Below, piece after piece: positions 17,978-27,900 of a stretch of 40,545 bases of DNA. The stretch comes from Nitrospinota bacterium (GTDB lineage Bacteria > UBA8248). Made by a program: the position numbers and the translations under genes. Under the pieces are notes generated by a model. It searched no databases. It was not told the DNA's origin and saw only the letters and a program-made list of their open reading frames with translations. Position 1 is the stretch's first letter. Every line of letters starts with the position of its first letter. The stretch is taken from contig JAYGFR010000323.1 of assembly GCA_046581755.1 (NCBI GenBank), forward strand, positions 1-40,545, given 5' to 3'.

Positions 17978-18232
17978 GGCCCTTTTCCGGGTTACGGCGT
18001 TTCGTTTGGAACGTCCACTCACCGGCCTGAGACGGGCGGCGGCGAATCTGGTATTGGGTTTTACCATGCAGAGAGGGTTTTCGAAACGAGGCGGCATGAG
18101 ACCGGAACGGGACCCGCCGCCGGCCGCCCGAAATTATCTATCCTAAAAGTAATTTTTCAGCCATAATCTTTCATCAAGTCCACCGCCTGCATTTTTGTGA
18201 TCTCCCTTCCCGCCCGTGCGAGGCCGTTATCG

Positions 18233-19366
18233 ATGAAAAATCTGCCATTCTGGATTTGGTCGATGATCCTGGGTGCCGTAATATCGGTGATAACGTTTCT
18301 CATTCCCTCCGGCGCGGCGCTCGCCTATCCCTGGTCGTTCGGGCTGTTCGCTCTGGTGGGCGGCATCGCCTGGATCAACGCCGCGAGCGAATCGCTCATC
18401 CACGCCTCGGAGATTCTCTCCGCCCGGAAAAACTGGAATCACTTCGTGGGGGGAACCGTCGGCGAAATCATTTCGACCCTGCCCGAGTTCGTCGTGATCA
18501 CCTTCGTCGTCGCCGTCGATCCGGTCGCCGCCCTGATCATCGCGATCGTGACGATTTACAACAACGCGGTCATCTTCTCCATCTACTCGTTCTTTCTCCC
18601 CAAAACCGGGAGAGGTGGAGAATATGCGCTCCCCGCGCCGATTTATAAAATCGGCCGCGAGATTCTCATCGTCGGAAGCACGATCGCGCTCATCCTCGGA
18701 ATGGTGTTCCTCATCGGCCGCCTCGGCAATCCACCGAAACTGGTGGTGACCGCCACGGAAACGGCCATCATCGGCGCCGTCATGCTGTTTATCTTTGCCC
18801 AATACCTCGGCTCGCTGATCTCCCATTACAGCGAGATCGAGGTTCCGGATACCCACCGACCCACGGACCGCACTGAAGAGACCGCCGGGCGCATGTCTCT
18901 CCTCTTCGCCGTCGGGACGCTGGCGGCCTTCGTCGGCGGCCACATGGTCTCGGAATTCGCCGAAATCATGCTTCACAAGGTTCAACTTCCTCCGGTGCGC
19001 GCGGCGCTTGTCCTGGCCTTCTTCGCGGGCATGGCGGAAATTTTTATCGTAATCGAGAGTCACCTTAAAAAAGAATACGAGATCGCCCTTTCGAACGCCT
19101 TCGGCGGGATCACCCAGGTGAAGTTCCTCGTCTTTCCCTTCACCCTGATCCTCATCTCGACGGTGCAGTGGCTCGGGCTCGCCCCGGCGGGCTTCGTCGG
19201 TATCCCCATCGACACCACCTTGATCTTTCTCATGGTGCAACTCTTCCCGATATTTTTCGTCCTTTTCGAATTGATGCAGGACGGCCACACCCTCTCGAAT
19301 TTCGACGGCGCCGCCATGCTGAGCCTCTTTTTTCTGATCATCTATTTCCTAGTGAACCTCGGCTAG
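18233..19366 (+). CDS. CaCA family cation (Ca2+/H+ or Na+/Ca2+) antiporter
   Basis: About 10 TM helices; alpha-repeats STLPEF and AGMAEI...SNAFG. Confidence 0.78.
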   Translation: MKNLPFWIWSMILGAVISVITFLIPSGAALAYPWSFGLFALVGGIAWINAASESLIHASEILSARKNWNHFVGGTVGEIISTLPEFVVITFVVAVDPVAALIIAIVTIYNNAVIFSIYSFFLPKTGRGGEYALPAPIYKIGREILIVGSTIALILGMVFLIGRLGNPPKLVVTATETAIIGAVMLFIFAQYLGSLISHYSEIEVPDTHRPTDRTEETAGRMSLLFAVGTLAAFVGGHMVSEFAEIMLHKVQLPPVRAALVLAFFAGMAEIFIVIESHLKKEYEIALSNAFGGITQVKFLVFPFTLILISTVQWLGLAPAGFVGIPIDTTLIFLMVQLFPIFFVLFELMQDGHTLSNFDGAAMLSLFFLIIYFLVNLG

Positions 19367-19519
19367 CCCCGGAATATTGCAGGGCGGGGGAAAATTGCCC
19401 CTCGGCATTTTGACCGCCCGCGCGCCCCGCCGGTGGCGCGCGCGGGCCTTCCCCCCTACAATTCAGTCTCCGTATTTATTCGAGTCCTGAGTTCCATCAC
19501 CAAGCAAGGGAGGAAATCC

Positions 19520-19960
19520 ATGTTTGAAACGACCCAGGCCAGTGTGGATATCGGCCTCACCACCCGGAACATCGAGGCCATGCGCGCGTTTTATATCGGC
19601 GTCCTCGGGCTCGATGAAGTGGCCGTGCGCGAGATACCGGGCGATTTCATCGCCCAGGCCGGTTTCGGCACGGGCGACCTCCGGCTGCACGCTCTCAAGT
19701 TCGGCGTCATCCTCATCAAGCTTCTCGAATGGAAGGACGCGCCGCCCGCCGCCGATCCGCTGGCCGACAAGCTGGCGGGATTCCGCTACCTGACGTTCTG
19801 GGTAAAGGACATGGAGGCCGCCGTAGATCACCTCAAGGCGGCTGGCGTCGAACTCGTATGCGATATTCTCGCCCGCGTCCCCGAGCGGAAACTCGTTTTC
19901 CTCAAGGACCCGGACGGCAATCTGATCGAGCTCAACTGGATCGATCCGGCGGCAGCCTGA
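19520..19960 (+). CDS. VOC/glyoxalase family protein
   Basis: IGL...AFY..VLGL and F.KDPDGNLIEL motifs; RBS GGAGG. Confidence 0.88.
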   Translation: MFETTQASVDIGLTTRNIEAMRAFYIGVLGLDEVAVREIPGDFIAQAGFGTGDLRLHALKFGVILIKLLEWKDAPPAADPLADKLAGFRYLTFWVKDMEAAVDHLKAAGVELVCDILARVPERKLVFLKDPDGNLIELNWIDPAAA

Positions 19961-19995
19961 GCGGGGCGCGCGTCTCCACCGAGGAGGAAAAGCAC

Positions 19996-21318
19996 ATGGA
20001 AGCGATCAAGCAAAAGGCGCTCACATACATCGAAACCCAGTGCGGCGAGGCGAAGGAGATCGCCCGCGAGATCTGGAGCTTCGCCGAGGTGGCCCTGGAG
20101 GAATTCAGATCGGCGGAGCTTCTCGAAGACCTCCTCGAGCAAAACGGTTTCGAGATCCAGCGCGGGGTGGGCGACCTGCCCACCGCCTTCATCGCGCGCG
20201 CGGGAGAGGGCGGCCCCACGATCGGCATTTTGGGCGAATACGACGCTCTCCCCCACTGCGGCCCCTCCCACAGCGAGCAGGGCCACGGCTGCGGACACAA
20301 CCTGTTCGGAACCGCCTGCGCCTACGCGGGCATCGCCGCCCACCGCGCCTTGCGCGAGGCCGGGGCGCCGGGCCAGGTGGTCGTCTTCGGCTGCCCGGCC
20401 GAGGAGACGCTCGAGGGAAAGGTCTACATGGCGCGCGACGGCGCCTTTGAGGGCCTCGATGCCGTCATCTCCTGGCACCCCCACTGGGGAAACTACACCC
20501 GCGCAGGAAGCACCAACGCCATGGATTCGATGGCCTTCGAGTTTTTCGGCGAAAGTGCCCACTCGGCCCGCGACCCCTGGAACGGACGGAGCGCCCTCGA
20601 CGGGATCGAGATCATGAACTACGGCGTCAACATGATGCGCGAACACATGATTGAGGCCGCGCGGATTCACTACGTCATCAAGGACGGCGGCGTCGCCCCC
20701 AACGTCGTGCCCTCCTACGGGCGGGTGTGGTACTACGTCCGCGGTCCGAACCGCGCCATCGTCAACGAACTCAGTGAGCGGGTGCGAAACTGCGCCCGGG
20801 CGGGCGCACTGGCCTCGGACACCAAAATGAAGGAGACCCTCCTCACCGCCGTCTACGAGACCCTGCCCAACCTGGCGCTATCGAACTGCGTCCAGCGGAA
20901 TCTCGAGGGCGTGGGCGCCCACACCTACACGGACGAGGAGCGCGCCTTCGCTAAAAAGGTCGGCTTCGACGAGCCCTTGTGCGAAGAAATTCTCCCCCTG
21001 AACATGGAGCACACCCGGCCCAGCAACGAGCGCGGAAACGTGAGCTGGCTCGCGCCCCTGGGAAACCTCTACACCGCCTGCCACGCGCCGGGCACGCCGG
21101 GCCACAGCTGGCTCGCCACCCAGCAGTACGGCATGGAGATCGGCGAGAAGGGGATGATCACGGCCGCGAAAATGATGGCGGCCTCGATCATAGAGCTGAT
21201 CTCGGACGAGGGGTTGTTGCGCGAAGTCCGCGCCGAATTCGAGGAAAAAACGCAGGGGTTCACCTACGACCCGCTGATCCCCAAGGACCAGAAGCCAAAT
21301 CCCCTGGGCGTGCGCTGA
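19996..21318 (+). CDS. M20 amidohydrolase, AbgB (p-aminobenzoyl-glutamate hydrolase subunit B)-like
   Basis: GEYDALP, GHGCGHNLFG, PAEE, WHP, GRSALD and GGVAPNVVP motifs. Confidence 0.88.
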   Translation: MEAIKQKALTYIETQCGEAKEIAREIWSFAEVALEEFRSAELLEDLLEQNGFEIQRGVGDLPTAFIARAGEGGPTIGILGEYDALPHCGPSHSEQGHGCGHNLFGTACAYAGIAAHRALREAGAPGQVVVFGCPAEETLEGKVYMARDGAFEGLDAVISWHPHWGNYTRAGSTNAMDSMAFEFFGESAHSARDPWNGRSALDGIEIMNYGVNMMREHMIEAARIHYVIKDGGVAPNVVPSYGRVWYYVRGPNRAIVNELSERVRNCARAGALASDTKMKETLLTAVYETLPNLALSNCVQRNLEGVGAHTYTDEERAFAKKVGFDEPLCEEILPLNMEHTRPSNERGNVSWLAPLGNLYTACHAPGTPGHSWLATQQYGMEIGEKGMITAAKMMAASIIELISDEGLLREVRAEFEEKTQGFTYDPLIPKDQKPNPLGVR

Positions 21319-21324
21319 GCTCGC

Positions 21325-22503
21325 CTACGCGCTGAGCTTTTCCGCGGTCCAGTCGGCCATGTAGGCCACCACCGGCTGCAGGTAGTCCATCTGGCAGTGC
21401 TGGGCGCCGCCGTCCGGGCCGGTGTAGACCCGGAGGGTCTTGTCCTTCGAGCCCGCCGCGTTGAAGAGCTTCTTCGCGTTCCTCAGGGGAATCTGCTGAT
21501 CGTCGTCGCCGTGGACGAGCAGGAACGGGCACTTCATTTTCTGCACCACGCCGTCCAGCCGGAAGCCCTCGAGTTTTACCAGCGCCTCCTCGGCCGTTTT
21601 GGTGTTAAAGCTCCATGCCAGATGCGAGCCCGGCGAGGGAAGCTGAATCTTGTAGGCGGCCTCGATGCGCCGCTTCCAGATGGCGTGGTAGTCCCACTGC
21701 GCCCCCCAAGCGACGGCGGCCTTGAAGCGGGGCTCCATGGCTGCCGTGCGCGGGGCGTAGTAGCCGCCGAGGCTTGAGGCGAAGATGGCGACGCGCCGGG
21801 CGTTGACGTCCTTTCGTTTTTCGAGCCAATCGAGAATGGCCGATCCGGCCACCTCGTAGTCGTAGCGCAGGTAGATCCCCCGGAACCGGATGGCCTCGCC
21901 CACGCCGGGCGTATCGGCGAGCAGGACGCTCATCCCCCGGCGGACGAGGGCCAGCGTCGCCAGCGAATAGCCGCCCTCCTTCGTCCCGTCGAAGCCGGTG
22001 TACTGAACGACGACGGGCGGCCTGGATTTCCGTGTGTTCTGGGCGTGAACGAAATAGGCGGGAAGCTTTTTTTTGCCCTCGAAGGGAATCTCGACAATCT
22101 CGGCGTGCGGGCTGTCCGTCAAGCGCAGGTAGCGGTGAAAACAGTCGATGGATTTCCGGTAGAGGGCCTTGGATTTTTGATTTTTCGGGAACCAGAAGCG
22201 GTCAGCCGTTTGAAAATAATTGCAGGCCCGGTTGTAGCAATCCGCCGCGCTATAGAGGTTTCCCTTGCGCTGGGCGGCTTGGGCCATGGCGCGGAGGCGG
22301 TCCCCCATCCGGGACCACTCGCGCACCCAAGCTTTATCGTCGCCCACCTTGCTCTCCAGGCGGCGGCAGATCTCGAAAATCTCGGAGGTGTCGGCGGAGC
22401 CTCCCTGCACGCGCATCAAATTGATCGAAGTGATGAACGACCAACGGTAGTCGCCCGGAAACGCGGTGAACCACTCTCTCTTGCGCCTTGCTTTGATGGC
22501 CAT
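21325..22503 (-). CDS. Alpha/beta hydrolase, 2,6-dihydroxypseudooxynicotine hydrolase/FrsA-like
   Basis: GFDGTKE, DTPGVGE, nucleophile SSLGGYYAPR, HGDDD and GAQHCQ. Confidence 0.85.
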   Translation of the reverse strand: MAIKARRKREWFTAFPGDYRWSFITSINLMRVQGGSADTSEIFEICRRLESKVGDDKAWVREWSRMGDRLRAMAQAAQRKGNLYSAADCYNRACNYFQTADRFWFPKNQKSKALYRKSIDCFHRYLRLTDSPHAEIVEIPFEGKKKLPAYFVHAQNTRKSRPPVVVQYTGFDGTKEGGYSLATLALVRRGMSVLLADTPGVGEAIRFRGIYLRYDYEVAGSAILDWLEKRKDVNARRVAIFASSLGGYYAPRTAAMEPRFKAAVAWGAQWDYHAIWKRRIEAAYKIQLPSPGSHLAWSFNTKTAEEALVKLEGFRLDGVVQKMKCPFLLVHGDDDQQIPLRNAKKLFNAAGSKDKTLRVYTGPDGGAQHCQMDYLQPVVAYMADWTAEKLSA

Positions 22504-22553
22504 GAACGCTCTCCTTTATGATTTCGTATGAGGCGGGAAAATGCTTTCTCCGT

Positions 22554-23282
22554 CTACCACTCGAACGACTCCAGGTGGGCGCGGAGGCGGCTTGCGGTCG
22601 GAAATTTTTTGGTGATGAGACCCCGCTTCAGCCCGCAGCATATATCCTTGATCATTCGGGGTTGCTTCGCATAATGCTTTCTCCCGCCCACGGCGTCAAA
22701 AAGAATGCGCACCAGATCGATCACGTCTTCTTTGATCTTGGCGCTGTCGGGCCGCCCCCACTGGTAGAAATCCACCAGCTTGACGTTGAAGCGGATCCCG
22801 CTCCGCGTGACGAGGATGTTCCCGTCGTGAATGTCGCCGTGGTATTCGCGCACACAATGAATCTGTTCGATTCCCGTGGCGAGTGCGTTCAGAAGGTGAA
22901 GCGCCTCGTAGGGCTGGAGGCGTTTCCCGGACTGAGAGGCGATGAAATCGGACAAAATTTTGCCCTCCACCAGATCGCTGATGAGGAACGTAATCTTCGC
23001 CCGCTGAAAGGTGAAAGTATCCGAATGGTGATACTGGATCACGGCGGAGCAATGCCGAAGGCGGTGCAGCTTGGTCGCGTAGAAGCGGACCGCCCGATCC
23101 TTGAGGTTGCGCTGAGGAAAAAAGAGTTTCATGGCGCGGCTGATCCCCGTCGTCCGCTCGGTGACGCGGTAGACTTCGCCCTCCCAACCCGAACCGAGCA
23201 AGTCCCCGACGATATACTTGCCCGCGAGGACGCGGCCCGGATTCAGATAGAACGCGTCGATGGGAATGGGATTCTTGACCAT
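22554..23282 (-). CDS. Stand-alone Ser/Thr protein kinase-like domain
   Basis: LGSGWEGEVY, AMK, HGDIHDGNIL and KLVDF motifs. Confidence 0.82.
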   Translation of the reverse strand: MVKNPIPIDAFYLNPGRVLAGKYIVGDLLGSGWEGEVYRVTERTTGISRAMKLFFPQRNLKDRAVRFYATKLHRLRHCSAVIQYHHSDTFTFQRAKITFLISDLVEGKILSDFIASQSGKRLQPYEALHLLNALATGIEQIHCVREYHGDIHDGNILVTRSGIRFNVKLVDFYQWGRPDSAKIKEDVIDLVRILFDAVGGRKHYAKQPRMIKDICCGLKRGLITKKFPTASRLRAHLESFEW

Positions 23283-23364
23283 CGCTCCGGCCCGGTTTTG
23301 AGTGGATGAGGGTGCCCCCATTGTATGCGATTTCGGGGCGCTTGGGTCGAAGATTCAGGCCGGA

Positions 23365-23889
23365 TTACCCTTTGGGCCCCTCCCCGGGCGGATGAAGCTC
23401 AAGGAGCACATCCCCCGCCGCGATCTGCGTTCCCGCCGCGGCATGGACCTGTCCGACCCGGGCCGCCGCCGCCGCGCGGACGGGATGCTCCATCTTCATG
23501 GTCTCGGCGATGAGAAGCACCTGCCCCGCCTGGACGAGTTCTCCTTCCGAGACGCGGACCTCGAGAATCCTGCCTGGCAGTTCGGCCCGGACGGGGCCGA
23601 ATTCTCCGCCAGCCGAAGAACGCCCCTCGCCCGGGCTGCCGCCATTGTCCTCCTCGAGGGGGAACGAAGCGCGCCGGCCCTCCAGCATGACCTCGGCCCT
23701 TCCATCCCGCACCTCGGCGGCGGCGGAGAGGGTGCGCCCGTCCACCTCGAAGGTCAGAAGGCCCGCCTCCCACGATACCAGGCGGACGGAATATTCCTGG
23801 CCGCCGATCCTAGCCGCGAATTCGTTTCCGCCCACCCCTCCCACCGGCGAGATATCGGCCTCCCAGCCCTCGAACCGGATGCGTGTCAT
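23365..23889 (-). CDS. Biotin carboxyl carrier subunit
   Basis: ETMKME biotinylation motif; ATGA overlap with the biotin carboxylase stop. Confidence 0.88.
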   Translation of the reverse strand: MTRIRFEGWEADISPVGGVGGNEFAARIGGQEYSVRLVSWEAGLLTFEVDGRTLSAAAEVRDGRAEVMLEGRRASFPLEEDNGGSPGEGRSSAGGEFGPVRAELPGRILEVRVSEGELVQAGQVLLIAETMKMEHPVRAAAAARVGQVHAAAGTQIAAGDVLLELHPPGEGPKG

Positions 23890-25406
23890 TCGAGACCCCC
23901 CGGAAGCCAGCCGCCCACGCGGTCCCACGGATCGTGCCGCCTTCCGCCCTCCGGTCCCGGCCCCGCAGGTTTGTTTTCGGACAGGTAGACGCCTAGAACA
24001 GCGGCGATTTTCGCGTCCGCCATCCGGTCTCCGGCGATCTCGCCGCCCAGTTCGCCAGCGTTGTGCTCGATGAAATCCGTCGAGAACGCTCCCGAGCGGA
24101 AGGCGGGATGCCGCGCCACCGCGGCGAGAAAAGCCTGGTTCGTCCGCAGCCCGGAGAGGCGGAGTCCCGCGAGCGCCCCTTCGAGACGGTCCAGCGCGGT
24201 GGCCCGGTCCTCTCCCCAAACAACGATTTTCGCCAGGAGCGGGTCGTAATCGGCGCCGACAGCGATGCCCGGCGCGATCCCAGCGTCCACCCGGACCCCG
24301 TCCCCGGTGGGCAGATGAAGCGCGCGGATCGTCCCCGTTTGGGGAAGAAAATCACGTGCCGGGTCCTCTGCGTACAGGCGCGCCTCGATGGCGTAGCCCG
24401 AGAAGCGGACCTCATCCTGCGCGATGGGAAGCCTCCCCTCGGCGGCGATCCGGATTTGAAGCGCCACCAGATCCTGTCCCGTTGCCATCTCGGTGATCGG
24501 ATGCTCCACCTGGAGGCGGGCGTTGATCTCGAGAAAATAAAATCCCCCCTCATCCGGAAGCAAAAACTCGACCGTCCCCGCCCCCCGGTAGTTCATCCCC
24601 GAGGCGAGGCGCACGGCGGCGGATAGAATTTCCTCGCGCATTCCGGGCGAAAGGCCCGGCGCGGGGGTTTCCTCGAAGACCTTTTGGTGCCGCCGCTGGA
24701 TGGAACATTCCCGCTCGCCGAGGTGGATCGCCCCGCCCCGCCCGTCGCCGAGAATCTGCACCTCGACGTGGCGCGCGTCGGGAAGCATTTTTTCGAGGTA
24801 GAGGAGGCCATTTCCAAAAGCCGCCCTGGCCTCCGCACGCGCCGAGGCCAGTGCATCCTCGATATCCCTTGGGCCCGCCGCCCGGCGCATGCCCCTCCCT
24901 CCGCCGCCGACGGCGGCCTTGATCAGGACCGGATAGCCGAGACGGCCGGCCTCATCGCGCCAGGCCCCGGCGTCATCTTCTTCCGGCGCGGCTCCTTCCG
25001 GCACAGCTCCGGGGATCACCGGAACCCCCGCCGCCTCCGCCACGGCCCGGGAGGCGATTTTGTCCCCGGCGCACCGGAGGGTTTCGGGGGATGGTCCGAT
25101 GAACGTCGCCCCCGCCGCCCCGCAGGCCTCGGCGAAGGGGGCCTGTTCGCTGAGGAAGCCGTAGCCGGGATGAACGGCGTCCGCCCCACATTTCACGCAG
25201 GTATCGACCAGTGTTTGGATGTTCAGATAGCTTTCGGCGGGCGCCGCCGGGCCGATGGGATGGGCTTCGTCCGCCATGGGGACGTGAAGGGACTCCCGGT
25301 CGGCCTCGCTGTAAACCGCCGCCGAGCGGATTCCCATCTCGCGGCAGGCGCGGATGATGCGGACGGCGATTTCGCCCCGGTTGGAGATGAGAATCTTGGA
25401 GAACAT
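23886..25406 (-). CDS. Biotin carboxylase subunit of an acyl-CoA carboxylase
   Basis: NRGEIAVR, HPGYGFLSE, GGGGRGM, ERECSIQRRHQK and EINARLQVEHP motifs. Confidence 0.95.
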   Translation of the reverse strand: MFSKILISNRGEIAVRIIRACREMGIRSAAVYSEADRESLHVPMADEAHPIGPAAPAESYLNIQTLVDTCVKCGADAVHPGYGFLSEQAPFAEACGAAGATFIGPSPETLRCAGDKIASRAVAEAAGVPVIPGAVPEGAAPEEDDAGAWRDEAGRLGYPVLIKAAVGGGGRGMRRAAGPRDIEDALASARAEARAAFGNGLLYLEKMLPDARHVEVQILGDGRGGAIHLGERECSIQRRHQKVFEETPAPGLSPGMREEILSAAVRLASGMNYRGAGTVEFLLPDEGGFYFLEINARLQVEHPITEMATGQDLVALQIRIAAEGRLPIAQDEVRFSGYAIEARLYAEDPARDFLPQTGTIRALHLPTGDGVRVDAGIAPGIAVGADYDPLLAKIVVWGEDRATALDRLEGALAGLRLSGLRTNQAFLAAVARHPAFRSGAFSTDFIEHNAGELGGEIAGDRMADAKIAAVLGVYLSENKPAGPGPEGGRRHDPWDRVGGWLPGGLE

Positions 25407-25460
25407 CAAGGGTTCCGGATCGGCCTTATATGAGGGCGGCTTCGGATGGGAAGACCATGC

Positions 25461-27068
25461 CTAGAACCGGAACTGGCTCGCGCGGCGCTCGGGCAAGGGT
25501 GCGCCGAGCGCCGCCGAGAGGCCCAGCGCCAGCGCCTGGCGGGTCTCGGCCGGATCGAGGATGCCGTCGTCCCAGAGCCGGGCGCTGCTGTAGTAGGGGT
25601 GGCCCTGGCGTTCGTACTGCTCGACGATGGGCCGGGCCATGGCCTCTTCTTCCTCGGGCGTCATTTCCTTCCCCTCGCGGGCCATTCGGTCGCGGCGGAC
25701 GGTGACCAGGACACCGGCCGCCTGCTCTCCCCCCATGACCGAGATGCGCGCGCCGGGCCACACCCAGAGCAGATGGGGCTCGAAGGCGCGCCCGCACATG
25801 CCGTAGTTGCCCGCGCCGAACGAGCCGCCCACGATGACGGTGAACTTGGGCACGCGGGCGTTCGAGACGGCCTGGACCATCTTGGCCCCGTCCTTGGCGA
25901 TGCCGCCCGCCTCGTATTGGCTTCCCACCATGAAACCGGTGATGTTCTGCAAAAAAACCAGGGACATCCCCCGGCGGTCGCAAAGCTCGATGAAGTGGGT
26001 GGCCTTGAGGGCGGACTCGCTGAAAAGGACGGCGTTGTTCGCGAGAATTCCCACCGAGATCCCCTCGATTCGCGCGAAGCCGCAGATGAGCGTCGTCCCG
26101 TAGTGTTTCTTGAACTCGCCAAGCCGGCTTCCGTCCACGATGCGGGCGATGACCTCGCGCATGTCGAAGGGCTGGCGCAGGTCGGTGGGCAGGATGCCGT
26201 AGAGCTCCTCGGGGGCGTATGCGGGCGGCTCGGGCGGCTCGATCGGAAAGGAAAATTTCTTCTCGTAGGGAATTGAGGCGATGATCTCCCGCGCGATGCG
26301 GAGGGCATCGGCATCGTCCTTGGCCATGTAGTCGGTCACCCCCGACACGCGGCAATGAACGTCCGCGCCGCCCAGCGTTTCGGCGTCCACCTCCTCTCCG
26401 GTCGCCGCCTTGACGAGGGGCGGGCCGGCCAAAAAGATGGTCCCCTGCCCCCGGACGATGACGGCTTCCTCGCACATGGCGGGCACATAGGCGCCCCCCG
26501 CCGTGCAGCTTCCCAACACGACGGCGATCTGGGGGATGCCCTCGGCCGAGAGGCGCGCCTGGTTGAAGAAAATCCGCCCGAAATGATCGCGGTCGGGAAA
26601 GACTTCGTCCTGGAGCGGCAAAAACGCGCCGCCCGAATCGACCAGGTAGATACAGGGCAGGTGGAATTTTTGGGCGATCTCCTGAGCCCGGAGATGCTTT
26701 TTCACGGTCAAGGGATAGTAAGTCCCTCCCTTGACCGTGGCGTCGTTGGCGACGATGACGCACTCGCGCCCCGAGACGCGCCCCATGCCCGTCAGGAGCC
26801 CGGCGGCGGGGACGGACGATTCGTACACCTCGTGCGCGGCGAGGGGGGAGAATTCGAGAAACGGGCTCGCCGGGTCGATGAGGTTCCGCAAGCGCTCCCG
26901 GACCGGCATCTTCCCGCGCTCGCGGTGCTGGGCGACCGCCCGGGGAGGACCGCCCTTGGCCACCTCGGCCAGGGTTTCGCGCAAATCCGCCACAAGCGCC
27001 CGGTAGGCGCGCGCACGCTCCTGGAATTCGGGATCGGACGCGGAGATGGCCGAGACGATCTTCTCCAT
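25461..27068 (-). CDS. 3-methylcrotonyl-CoA carboxylase beta (carboxyltransferase) subunit-like
   Basis: [37 protein letters not shown] and SARLWDDG motifs. Confidence 0.93.
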   Translation of the reverse strand: MEKIVSAISASDPEFQERARAYRALVADLRETLAEVAKGGPPRAVAQHRERGKMPVRERLRNLIDPASPFLEFSPLAAHEVYESSVPAAGLLTGMGRVSGRECVIVANDATVKGGTYYPLTVKKHLRAQEIAQKFHLPCIYLVDSGGAFLPLQDEVFPDRDHFGRIFFNQARLSAEGIPQIAVVLGSCTAGGAYVPAMCEEAVIVRGQGTIFLAGPPLVKAATGEEVDAETLGGADVHCRVSGVTDYMAKDDADALRIAREIIASIPYEKKFSFPIEPPEPPAYAPEELYGILPTDLRQPFDMREVIARIVDGSRLGEFKKHYGTTLICGFARIEGISVGILANNAVLFSESALKATHFIELCDRRGMSLVFLQNITGFMVGSQYEAGGIAKDGAKMVQAVSNARVPKFTVIVGGSFGAGNYGMCGRAFEPHLLWVWPGARISVMGGEQAAGVLVTVRRDRMAREGKEMTPEEEEAMARPIVEQYERQGHPYYSSARLWDDGILDPAETRQALALGLSAALGAPLPERRASQFRF

Positions 27069-27071
27069 GCC

Positions 27072-27719
27072 CTAGCCCTCCCTTTCCCCGCTCTCGGGCG
27101 CCCACCAGCATTCGCGCATGAACGCCTTGTAGTCTTCAGGGTCGATGGAGGTGGACTTGGTGAAAAGATCCATGACCGGCGATTCCTCGATGTCCACCTG
27201 AAGCGCGTCCGTAAAGCGGTTCCAGAAGTTGAAGAAGCCCGAGACCATGGTGATTTCGACGATCTGGGCGTCATTGTAGTGGCTTTTCAGATCGGCGAAC
27301 GCCTCGGGATGCTCGCGGAAGGTCCGCTCGGTGAGATGCTCCGCCCAGGTGATGGCGGCCTTTTCGGAGGGGGTGAAGAGGTCCGAGGCCTCGTGGTCTC
27401 CCTCGACGGCCTCGATCATCTCCTTGGGAAAGCCCAGCGCACGGCCGAGCGTGACGTTGTGCCCCGTTCAGTAACGGCAGCCGTTCAGCATCGACGTTTT
27501 GAGGATGACGAGGGTTTTCACCCGCACGTCGAGAACGCCGGTGATCTCCTCGCGCAGGGAGGCCACGATGAAGCCGAAAATCGACTGGGCGAGTTTCGGC
27601 GAATGGGACGCCACCCGCATGGCGTTGGCCACCCGGCCGAACATCTGCTTGCTGTGCTTGTACATGATCCGGGCATCGGGGGATGCCGCCTCGTCGGAGA
27701 GGATGGGAACCAATGCCAT
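27072..27719 (-). CDS. AhpD/carboxymuconolactone-decarboxylase family selenoprotein (Sec84, CxxU), 215 aa
   Basis: ORFs 27468-27719 and 27072-27419 are in one frame, joined through TGA 27470-27468: KTSMLNGC-R-Y-U-TGHN. The downstream half has CMD features (EKAAITWAE, IVEIT...FNFWNRF). Confidence 0.85.
27438..27456 (-). promoter_or_regulatory. Candidate bacterial SECIS hairpin
   Basis: Starts 11 nt after the UGA: CG-(bulged U)-CACG / loop CUCGGC / CGUG-CG. Confidence 0.5.
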
Positions 27720-27900
27720 GAATACGCTCCTTGAAAAACATCCCTTCCGAAAATCCAGAAGGAGATCGGAAAACGGAAACGGGCAGCTGGGGTTTTTCAG
27801 ATACGGCGGGTGTGATTGTACTGGCTAGAAGCTTTCATGGAAATCCGCTCCGGCGGTGCGAAATCATGCGCCGGCCCGCCCCGGACGCGCTATCCGCGAA

